This document shows, piece after piece, positions 15,214 through 23,419 of a DNA stretch of 59,488 nucleotides. Location of the stretch: positions 1-59,488 of IMG/VR virus record IMGVR_UViG_3300028398_000004, one strand, 5' to 3'. The position numbers were made by a program, and so were the translations under genes. How positions within the stretch are numbered: position 1 is the first letter of the stretch; each line of letters opens with the position of its first letter. The notes below the pieces were generated by a model. It ran no database searches, was not told where the DNA came from, and was given only the letters and a program-made list of their open reading frames with translations. The stretch comes from a virus.

Positions 15214-15954
15214 ATGCTCAAGACACTTCGCACTCAACATCGAACCATCATTCAGATGGCTTTCAACGGCTTTAAAAATAGTGAAATAGCCGAACGAATG
15301 TCTATGAGCCCAACAACAATCAGTACCATCATAAACTCTCCTCTCGGACAAGCATACCTTAACGGTCTTCACGATAAAGCACAAGAAGCAACTCTTGACG
15401 TGCGTAAGCAGCTCATCGACATGAATGCAAAAGCACTTGCAACTTTTGAACGTATTCTTCAGCCAACAACAAAAGCCCCTTACAACGTTCAATTCAATAC
15501 AGCAAAAGACATTCTCGATCGTAACGGCTACAAGCCAACTGATAAAATCAGTGTTGACATGACTCTTCAGTCAAAATCAGATGAGGAAATCGATGCTGAA
15601 ATTGCTGCACTTGCCGCAAGCATTTCGAGTGCCTCAGTAGCTAACGCTACTAAAACAGCTAAGCAAGCATCTGATGAATTAGATAAAGCTACTGAGTCAA
15701 TTCAAGAAACAAAAGAACTTCTTACCAAACAAATAAAAGAATCTTCAGCAAAAACATCTCCTCAACAATCAATTCATTCAACGACAACAAGCATTCCATC
15801 TGCTGAAGATTCTTTTACTTTTGCCGAAGCATCTAAATTACATGATTTTACAAACATAGATGATATTTTAATGGATTCTGATTCAGACAGAGCAAGTAAT
15901 TTCTCTGAGTCAACTGGACCTAAGATTCATCCTGATTATTTACCTCCAAAATAA
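15214..15954 (+). CDS. putative terminase small subunit (HTH N-terminus)
   Basis: 246 aa. HTH-like FKNSEIAERMSMSPTTISTII. Lies immediately upstream of terL. Acidic, low-complexity C-terminus. Confidence 0.5.
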   Translation: MLKTLRTQHRTIIQMAFNGFKNSEIAERMSMSPTTISTIINSPLGQAYLNGLHDKAQEATLDVRKQLIDMNAKALATFERILQPTTKAPYNVQFNTAKDILDRNGYKPTDKISVDMTLQSKSDEEIDAEIAALAASISSASVANATKTAKQASDELDKATESIQETKELLTKQIKESSAKTSPQQSIHSTTTSIPSAEDSFTFAEASKLHDFTNIDDILMDSDSDRASNFSESTGPKIHPDYLPPK

Positions 15955-15968
15955 ACTTACTCTTGCAA

Positions 15969-17474
15969 ATGCTCTTCACTGATTCTCATCATATAAATCT
16001 TTCACAAATAGACATTTCACAAATGTCTCGTGAACAGAAAGAGCATTACGTTAAACTTCTTCAAGAGCGTAACAAACGACTTAGTCAAAATAAAATAATT
16101 CAATATTATCCTGAGTCAGGCCCATTATCTCGCCATAATTATCCCAAGCACATGAGCTTTTTTGAGGCCGGGCCACGATACTCTGAACGATGCATGATGG
16201 CTGCAAACCGCATAGGCAAGTCAGAAGGAGTCGGCGCATATGAACTAACTCTACATCTTACTGGGCGTTATCCTGATTGGTGGAAAGGAATTCGCTTTAA
16301 TAGAGCAATATCAGCATGGGCAGCTGGAACAACCAGTACAACTGCTCGTGATATTGTCCAATTCAAGCTTATCGGATCTCCCGAAAATCGCGGCACAGGT
16401 ATGATTCCTGCAAAGCACATAATTAAAACAACTCCAAAAGCAGGTGGCGTACCAAATTCAGTTGATACAATTCTTGTTAAGCACATATCAGGCGGTATCA
16501 GCAGATGTAAAATAAAATCATATGCTGAAGGCAGAAAGTCTTTTGAAGGCACGGAACAAGATTTCATTTGGCTTGATGAAGAATGTCCGCTTAACATATA
16601 TACTGAGTGCGTAACTCGAACAATGACTACAAATGGTAAGATCATTTTAACTTTCACACCACTTGAAGGTCTTACTGAAACAGTCTTACAGTTTATGCCT
16701 GATGGTGAACTTAAACAAGTTCAAGATGGTAATAGATTCCTTGTGCAGGCAACTTGGGATGATGCACCACATCTTACCAAAGAGCAAAAAGATAAACTTT
16801 GGGCAGCATTGCCGCCACACCAACGAGAAGCTCGTTCAAAAGGTATTCCACAACTTGGGTCAGGTGCAATTTATCCAATTCAAGAAAATAATATAGTTGT
16901 AGAGGATTTTGCCATCCCTAATTATTGGCTCCGTTGCTATGCGCTTGATGTAGGTTGGAAAAAGACTGCTTGCCTGTGGGGAGCTACAGATCCCACCAGT
17001 AAAATAACATACTTATATTCTGAATATTATCAAGGTCAAGCTGAACCAATCATCCATGCAGAAGGAATAAAAGCTCGAGGCGTTTGGATTCCAGGCGTCA
17101 TTGATTCTGCAGCTCATGGACGATCTCAAGAAGATGGTAAGCAACTTTTTCAAATCTATCAAGATCTTGGCCTTGACATCGAAAACGCAAATAAATCAGT
17201 TGAAGCAGGAATATATAAAGTTTGGCAAATGCTTTCAACAAATCGCCTGAAAGTATTTAAATCTCTTGTTAATTGGCTTACTGAATTTAGACTTTATCGC
17301 CGAGATGACAAAGGGCATATTGTTAAAAAACAAGATCATCTTATGGATGATACTCGTTATTTAGTAATGTCTGGACTTAATCGAGCAATTGCTAAGCCTT
17401 TTTGGGAATTTGAAGCCTATGAAGAAAGCGATTATTATAACGAAAACGAAACAAACACTATTACCGGATATTAA
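15969..17474 (+). CDS. terL: terminase large subunit
   Basis: P-loop AANRIGKSEG. Walker B FIWLDEE. C-terminal nuclease-like DHLMDDTRY. The track start 15963 is TTG, and the first ATG is 15969. Confidence 0.9.
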   Translation: MLFTDSHHINLSQIDISQMSREQKEHYVKLLQERNKRLSQNKIIQYYPESGPLSRHNYPKHMSFFEAGPRYSERCMMAANRIGKSEGVGAYELTLHLTGRYPDWWKGIRFNRAISAWAAGTTSTTARDIVQFKLIGSPENRGTGMIPAKHIIKTTPKAGGVPNSVDTILVKHISGGISRCKIKSYAEGRKSFEGTEQDFIWLDEECPLNIYTECVTRTMTTNGKIILTFTPLEGLTETVLQFMPDGELKQVQDGNRFLVQATWDDAPHLTKEQKDKLWAALPPHQREARSKGIPQLGSGAIYPIQENNIVVEDFAIPNYWLRCYALDVGWKKTACLWGATDPTSKITYLYSEYYQGQAEPIIHAEGIKARGVWIPGVIDSAAHGRSQEDGKQLFQIYQDLGLDIENANKSVEAGIYKVWQMLSTNRLKVFKSLVNWLTEFRLYRRDDKGHIVKKQDHLMDDTRYLVMSGLNRAIAKPFWEFEAYEESDYYNENETNTITGY

Positions 17475-17480
17475 ACTCGA

Positions 17481-17496
17481 CGTTCATTGATGAACA
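17481..17496. promoter_or_regulatory. variant palindrome CGTTCA-ttga-TGAACA
   Basis: Starts 7 nt after the terL stop. Confidence 0.45.
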
Positions 17497-17629
17497 CTAA
17501 TTTCAGGTGAAACAACTAAACTATTGAGGATTTCATCCCACTGATTGGCCGACTTTTGTGCCTGGAGCTTGCGACAGACACGGAGGCCCAGAAACGAATA
17601 AAATATAATTAATTTAATTTTATAAGATT

Positions 17630-19825
17630 ATGCCACAGAACCAAGGAACAGGATTAGAATTTCCAATTGAAGACATTATTGGGCAAGATGCAGCCAATGG
17701 AGTAGTGCCAGCTGAGCAATCAGCAACTGCTCCAGTTCAAGCGGATCAAATATCTAATCAGGAAATCTCTAATATTCCGTCATCTAAAGTGCCTGTATGG
17801 GCCGATGAACAACCTGTGCAAGATATTATTAATCAGCAGCATACAGATCCTGATCTGATTCCTCATATTGAAAAAGAAGTTCTTCGTGCTGAAGCAGTAG
17901 TTCTTATAACTAATCTTGCTGAAAAACAATCAGATGAAACAATTGCAGATATTACAACAAAAGTTTTTGAAGGTTATAAGATTGATTTAGCAAGTCGAGC
18001 AGACTGGGAAAAACTTAACAAGCAAATTATTGATTTAGCCAAACTTCTTGTAAAGAAAAAGACATATCATGGAGAAGTTGTAGCTAATGTAAAATATCCT
18101 ATAATTGCAAATTCATGCATTCAATTTGCTGCAAGAGCATATCCTGAAATTGTTAAAGGTAATGATGTTGTTAAAGGTAAAGTAATTGGAGAAGATCCTC
18201 AAGGTACTAAGTTTGAACGTGCTCGTCGAGTAAGTGAATTTATGTCTTTTCAACTCCTGAATGAGATTGAAGATTGGGAAGAAGGTGTGGATCAGCTTTT
18301 GATAACTTTGCCTGCAATTGGTTGTGTTTTTAAAAAGACTTATTTTAATTCACTGACGCGACAAAATATAAGTGAAACAGTTTTTGCTGATGATTTAGTT
18401 GTCAATTATTTTACTGAATCACTTGAGCGTGCTCCACGAATTACTCATAAGATATACTTATATCATAATGAAATTGTTGAGCGAATAAATTCAGGAATAT
18501 TTAGTAAGTTTGATGTAGATGAGCTTGGTAAAGCAACATCTGATAAAACATCTGATACTGATGATGAAACACCACATTTGTTTTTAGAACAGCATCGATG
18601 GTATGATCTTGATGGCGACGGTTATCAAGAACCATATATTGTAACTGTACATGAACAGACACAGAAACTTGTTAGGATTGCTCCTCGATTTGCTTCTGAT
18701 GGAATTATTCGTAAGGATGGGAATGAAAATGGGCCAATAATTAAGATTGTGCCTGAGCAGTATTTTACGCGGTATCTTTTTATGCCGAGTATTGATGGTG
18801 GCTTTTATGGAATGGGCTTTGGTTCATTGCTTATGAGTGGAAATGCAGCTATTAATACATTGATAAATCAGTTGATTGATGCAGGGTCGTTATCAAATAG
18901 ACAGCATGGATTTCTTGGTCGTGGATTACGACTTGGTAGAGGTAAGTCAATTACACTAAAGTCTGGTGAGTGGAAGCCAGTTAATGCTACAGGTGATGAT
19001 CTTCGTAAAAATGTTTTTCCAATGCCTATTCGTGAGCCATCGAGCACATTATTTCAATTGCTTGGATTATTGATTGAAAGTGGTAAAGAACTTGCTGGAA
19101 TGACTGAAATTCTCTCAGGAAATTCTCCTGGAGCAAATGTTCCAGCAGAAAGTGTTTTAGCATTAATTGAACAAGGATTACAAGTTTATTCTGCAGTACA
19201 TAAGCGCATACATCGGGCACAGTATAAAGAATTTGTCAAGCTTCGTCGCTTAAATGCATTGTATCTTGATCAAATGACATATAGTACAGTACTTGATGAA
19301 AAAGCTATTGTTCAAGCTGATTTTTTCAATGCTGACTTTGATATTGTTCCTGTATCAGATCCGAACAATACGACTATGATGCAGCGAATGCTCAAAGCAA
19401 AGGCAATGCTTGAACTTCGTGGACAAGGATTAAATGATATGGAGATTATCCGTCGATATTTGATTGCGATGGATATTAGTGATATTGATGCTTTGATTCC
19501 ACAGGAACCTCAACAAGATCCAGCAGAACAACTTACCATGCAAAAGATGCAGGCAGAGATTGAAGAACTTGCAGCTAGAATTGATGAAATAAAATCAAAG
19601 ACTGCCCTGAATTATGCAAAAGTACAGTCTGAAGGTTATCATCAAAGTAAAACTGTAGCAGGCATAGAAAATGATGATAAAAAGATTGACTTAGAAACAG
19701 CTCAAGTTGCGAATCAAATTCAACTTGGACGATCACAGCAATCGATAGGAAAAGCGCCTGATGGTATAACAGATTATACAGCCAAACGTGAATATGGTTT
19801 AGAAACAAATAATAAGGAGCAATGA
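17630..19825 (+). CDS. portal protein
   Basis: 731 aa. Follows terL directly. The call rests on size and position, with no diagnostic motif claimed. Confidence 0.7.
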   Translation: MPQNQGTGLEFPIEDIIGQDAANGVVPAEQSATAPVQADQISNQEISNIPSSKVPVWADEQPVQDIINQQHTDPDLIPHIEKEVLRAEAVVLITNLAEKQSDETIADITTKVFEGYKIDLASRADWEKLNKQIIDLAKLLVKKKTYHGEVVANVKYPIIANSCIQFAARAYPEIVKGNDVVKGKVIGEDPQGTKFERARRVSEFMSFQLLNEIEDWEEGVDQLLITLPAIGCVFKKTYFNSLTRQNISETVFADDLVVNYFTESLERAPRITHKIYLYHNEIVERINSGIFSKFDVDELGKATSDKTSDTDDETPHLFLEQHRWYDLDGDGYQEPYIVTVHEQTQKLVRIAPRFASDGIIRKDGNENGPIIKIVPEQYFTRYLFMPSIDGGFYGMGFGSLLMSGNAAINTLINQLIDAGSLSNRQHGFLGRGLRLGRGKSITLKSGEWKPVNATGDDLRKNVFPMPIREPSSTLFQLLGLLIESGKELAGMTEILSGNSPGANVPAESVLALIEQGLQVYSAVHKRIHRAQYKEFVKLRRLNALYLDQMTYSTVLDEKAIVQADFFNADFDIVPVSDPNNTTMMQRMLKAKAMLELRGQGLNDMEIIRRYLIAMDISDIDALIPQEPQQDPAEQLTMQKMQAEIEELAARIDEIKSKTALNYAKVQSEGYHQSKTVAGIENDDKKIDLETAQVANQIQLGRSQQSIGKAPDGITDYTAKREYGLETNNKEQ

Positions 19826-19827
19826 AA

Positions 19828-20316
19828 ATGATTAAATATATATGTGTAAAAGAAGTATCTGCTAAACCTATGACTCGACAAGAATATAATGATTATCGAG
19901 GCTGGAAGCTTCCTTCAGATGAGAATGGGGATGATTGGGGTTATTTGAAGGATGATGGTCAAGGACATATTCAATGGGATCCTATAGAGATATTTAATAA
20001 ATATCATCAAGTTATTGATGGAATGACTTTTGGTCATGCGATTGAAGCAGCTAAACTAGGTAAGAAAATTGCTCGTAAAGGATGGAATGGCAAAAATATG
20101 TTTATTGTTTATATGGAGCCACTAAGCTTACCTCCATATAATACAAGTGGAACGCAGCGTAAAGTAAATGATCGAACGGCTAAATTTATTGGTAAAGATA
20201 AGCCACTGAATTGTCAGCCATATTTTGCAATGTATAATGCACAAGAAGAGTGGATTCTAGGATGGTCAGCAACACAAAGTGATATGCTGGCAAGAGATTG
20301 GATGATTGTAGAATAA
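19828..20316 (+). CDS. DUF2829 (Tad2-family) protein with an extra N-terminal domain
   Basis: The C-terminal half reads MTFGHAIEAAKLGKKIARKGWNGKNMFIV...GWSATQSDMLARDWMIV, which fits the DUF2829 signature. The second ATG (19828) has AAGGAG 8 nt upstream. The track start 19822 is only 2 nt from the RBS. Confidence 0.8.
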   Translation: MIKYICVKEVSAKPMTRQEYNDYRGWKLPSDENGDDWGYLKDDGQGHIQWDPIEIFNKYHQVIDGMTFGHAIEAAKLGKKIARKGWNGKNMFIVYMEPLSLPPYNTSGTQRKVNDRTAKFIGKDKPLNCQPYFAMYNAQEEWILGWSATQSDMLARDWMIVE

Positions 20317-20337
20317 TAAATAATAAGGAGCAGTAAA

Positions 20338-20537
20338 ATGACAAATTGGCAGAAAAGAGTTATTAAAGAACAACGATAATTAGATAAAAAATTATACGTT
20401 TAACTGCAATGCTTGTGAATGAGCCTGGGACAATGATTATTGATGAAGAAGAATTTATGTTGCTTTCAAGGTAATTAAATATTATACTTGAATATAATAA
20501 AATTCTTAAGTTACGTATAGATAGATTTAATGATTAA
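20338..20537 (+). pseudogene. decayed small coiled-coil gene (in-frame TAA stops plus one frame change)
   Basis: AAGGAG then ATG 20338. MTNWQKRVIKEQR-TAA(20377)-LDKKLY. Frame change at 20398-20403. LTAMLVNEPGTMIIDEEEFMLLSR-TAA(20472)-LNIILEYNKILKLRIDRFND-TAA(20535). Confidence 0.55.
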
Positions 20538-20552
20538 TAAGGAGCAATGAAC

Positions 20553-20807
20553 ATGATTACGCCGGAGCAGTTTGCAGAGTGGAAAGAGCATCCAGTAACT
20601 AAAGAGATATTTGCTTTGCTGAAAGAAACTAAGCAAGGATTGCTGTATAAGTTGGAAAATGGAAATACTTTAGCTCAACATGCTGATGTAACACATGGTA
20701 TGACGCATCGAGTTGTAGGGCATATTGAAGGAATTAATCAGTTACTTAATATTTCTTTTGCTGATGCTGATGCTGAGGAAGATGTAAGTGAGGTGACTGG
20801 GCATTAA
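20553..20807 (+). CDS. hypothetical protein (84 aa; 86 aa if ATG 20547 is used)
   Basis: Has the same junction sequence as the Tad2-like gene. The second ATG has optimal RBS spacing. Confidence 0.65.
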   Translation: MITPEQFAEWKEHPVTKEIFALLKETKQGLLYKLENGNTLAQHADVTHGMTHRVVGHIEGINQLLNISFADADAEEDVSEVTGH

Positions 20808-20810
20808 ATA

Positions 20811-20847
20811 TGAACTAAGGCAGCTCCGCTGCCGCCTGAAGAGTTCA
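20811..20847 (+). other. GC-rich hairpin after ORF 20553..20807
   Basis: Inner stem GGCAGC-tcc-GCTGCC (20819-20833), flanked by TGAACT and AGTTCA. No U run. Confidence 0.4.
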
Positions 20848-20894
20848 GCTAGATTATAACTGTTAAAGCTAACAACTATTTAAAGGAGTAAGAA

Positions 20895-21233
20895 ATGAGC
20901 TTAAATGAATTGACAAAAGATTTTAATCAATCAGGAATATTGCCAACTGGAGGTCATTTACTTGTAAAACCGAAAAAGGTTGAAGAGGTGACGGAAGGTG
21001 GAATCATATTACCTCAAGATATTAGAGATAAAGAACAACAAGCAGCAACTGAAGGCAAGTTAATTGCTATTGGCCCTGCTGCTTGGGCTGATCTTGATGA
21101 TGGTGAGGCATGGGCAAAAGTTGGTGATAAAATTAGTTATTCTCGTTATTCTGGTGTAATGATGAAAGGTCAGGATGACGAAGAATATGTATTGATTAAT
21201 GATGTTGATGTTCTTGCAGTTTTACTTTTTTAA
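20895..21233 (+). CDS. GroES-family co-chaperonin (Cpn10-like)
   Basis: 112 aa. LLVKPKKVEEVTEGGIILP..GKLIAIGP..AKVGDKISYSRYSG...EEYVLINDVDVLAVL aligns by eye along the whole length of bacterial GroES. Confidence 0.8.
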   Translation: MSLNELTKDFNQSGILPTGGHLLVKPKKVEEVTEGGIILPQDIRDKEQQAATEGKLIAIGPAAWADLDDGEAWAKVGDKISYSRYSGVMMKGQDDEEYVLINDVDVLAVLLF

Positions 21234-21246
21234 ATAGGAGTTAGTT

Positions 21247-22290
21247 ATGAGTGAAGAATTTGTAGAAGATATTATTTCTGGTCTTGGTGAAAAAACATCT
21301 GATGCAACCAATAATAAAGTTGCTGATTTAAATACAACTGATTCAAATAATGATAATCAAGGTAGTGATAATGCTATTTCTGATGATACTAGTGCTTTTG
21401 ATGATGAAACAAAAAGTTCCTCTACGGCAGTAAAAGATGATGCAGATAAGAGTTCTGTAGAGACTGATACTGATTCTGATGATACTGCTAATGCTCCGAG
21501 TGGTTCATCAGAAGTAGAGGAACTTGCTTCTCAGCTTGGATGGAATAAAAATCATAAGGGTCCTGATGCAGTTGATGCTGCTACATATATTTTGCGTGCA
21601 AAAGACATTCAAAAAACAATGCGCTCGCATAATAAGGATCTAAAGAAACAATTAAATACTTTGAATAGCTCTGTTGCAGCGTTGAAAGAACATAATGAGC
21701 GTGTATATCAAGCTGAAGTTCGTCGTTTACAGAGTGAGCTTGATAAGCTTGTAAAAGAAAAAAAGGATGCTATTGCTTTAGCTGATGTTGATAAAGTTGA
21801 AGAATTAGATCAACAGATTGATCAAGTTAAAGAAAGCATAAAAACACCTAAAACAGATGATGTTCCTACTGATAATCCTGTTTTTAATGAATGGGTAGCA
21901 AATAATCAATGGTATCTGACTGATGACGATATGGCACAGTATGCAGATGCTGTTGCTGAACAATATGTTGGTGCTCCACCAGAAAGAGTTTATGCAATAG
22001 TGCGACAAAAAGTAGCGGAAGTTTTTCCAGAGAAATTTTCACAGGAAAATGCAAGTAATAAAATTTCAGATAATAATCAAAATAATATCCAAGCTAAAAC
22101 GGATCAAAAAGAGAAGGTAGTTGGACCTAAGAGTCCAGTAGAAAAAGGAAGTCGTTCAGATACTGCGGGAAGTTTTACTAAAGCTGATTTAACACCAGCT
22201 CAGGTAAGTATTATGAACCAATTTGTTAAAAGTGGTATTATGACAGAAAAACAATATATCGCTGATATAGCGAAATTACAAGGAGTATAA
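21247..22290 (+). CDS. putative scaffolding protein
   Basis: 347 aa. Acidic, low-complexity N-terminus and long coiled-coil segments. Lies upstream of the capsid gene. Confidence 0.55.
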   Translation: MSEEFVEDIISGLGEKTSDATNNKVADLNTTDSNNDNQGSDNAISDDTSAFDDETKSSSTAVKDDADKSSVETDTDSDDTANAPSGSSEVEELASQLGWNKNHKGPDAVDAATYILRAKDIQKTMRSHNKDLKKQLNTLNSSVAALKEHNERVYQAEVRRLQSELDKLVKEKKDAIALADVDKVEELDQQIDQVKESIKTPKTDDVPTDNPVFNEWVANNQWYLTDDDMAQYADAVAEQYVGAPPERVYAIVRQKVAEVFPEKFSQENASNKISDNNQNNIQAKTDQKEKVVGPKSPVEKGSRSDTAGSFTKADLTPAQVSIMNQFVKSGIMTEKQYIADIAKLQGV

Positions 22291-22292
22291 TA

Positions 22293-22733
22293 ATGACTGA
22301 ATCAAAGGAAGTAACTGATAAAAATAAGGCTTTAAAAGAAGAATCTGCACCTAAGCGCGTGATGCAGTCTCGTAAACGAGTTCCACTTGGAGCAAGAAAT
22401 ATTTTGACTGCTGGGGCGCGGCCCGGTTATCGGCGACGTTTTGTTAATGATGTTGGAGATCGTGTAGCAATGTTTAAAGATGCTGGTTGGAAGCCAGTAT
22501 TGAAAGAATCTGTTGGTGATGATCGAGCAGGAAAAGCTACATCAATGGGAAGTAGTGTAAATCCATCAGTAGGTGGTGGACAGCGAGCAATTTTAATGGA
22601 GATTCCTGAAGAACTTTATCTTGAAGATGAGAAAGTAAAACAAGATAAAATTGATCAGGTTGAGAAAGAAATGCGAAGAACAGTTCCGGGAAAAGATGGA
22701 TTGAATGGTAAGGTAAGTATTTCACGAGCGTGA
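22293..22733 (+). CDS. head-module protein, function unknown (146 aa)
   Basis: Track ORF between the scaffold and capsid genes. Confidence 0.6.
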   Translation: MTESKEVTDKNKALKEESAPKRVMQSRKRVPLGARNILTAGARPGYRRRFVNDVGDRVAMFKDAGWKPVLKESVGDDRAGKATSMGSSVNPSVGGGQRAILMEIPEELYLEDEKVKQDKIDQVEKEMRRTVPGKDGLNGKVSISRA

Positions 22734-22780
22734 TATGAGTTAATTTGAACTGATTGTTAATTTTATATATGAGGTAAGTT

Positions 22781-23368
22781 ATGGCTAATGTTGATCGTCC
22801 GGCTGGTTTAAAGCCGGTTAAATATTTGAGTGGGGCACCTTGGAACGGTAAAGCAAATGTTTATTTTGTCCCTGATACTGATGCTACGGCATTGTTTAAA
22901 GGTGATCCTGTTAAAAGTGCTGGCGGAGCAGATCCGACTGGTAAATATCCAACTGTTGTACAGGCTGCTGCTGGTGAAGCTGTACGTGGAGTTGTGATCG
23001 GATTTGGTGAAGAACCATTTGTAATGGTGAATCCTACTAATTCTGATCGTACTCATCGTCCTGCAAATGCTGCTATGTATGTTATGGTAGTTGATGATCC
23101 AAATGTTATTTTTGAGGTGCAGGAAGATAGTGATGGTGGTGCATTAACGGCTGATGCAATTGGTTCTTCTGCTGATCTTGTGGTCGGTGCCGGCGATGTT
23201 AAAAGTGGTCGAAGTGGTGTTGAACTTGATTCAAGTTCTGCGGCTACTGTTGCAGCAACTTGTAAGATTCTTCGAGCTGTTAATCGTGAAGATAATGAAC
23301 TTGGAGATCATTGTAAGTTTGAGGTACTGATTGCTGAGCATGAAATGAAACTTGCAACTGGCGTGTAA
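22781..23368 (+). CDS. head-module protein, possible decoration protein (195 aa)
   Basis: Ala/Gly/Val-rich. Lies immediately upstream of the capsid gene. Function is not established. Confidence 0.55.
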   Translation: MANVDRPAGLKPVKYLSGAPWNGKANVYFVPDTDATALFKGDPVKSAGGADPTGKYPTVVQAAAGEAVRGVVIGFGEEPFVMVNPTNSDRTHRPANAAMYVMVVDDPNVIFEVQEDSDGGALTADAIGSSADLVVGAGDVKSGRSGVELDSSSAATVAATCKILRAVNREDNELGDHCKFEVLIAEHEMKLATGV

Positions 23369-23419
23369 GGTAAAGTTAAGTTAAATGCAATGATTGTTAT
23401 TGCTTAAGGAGATATAATA

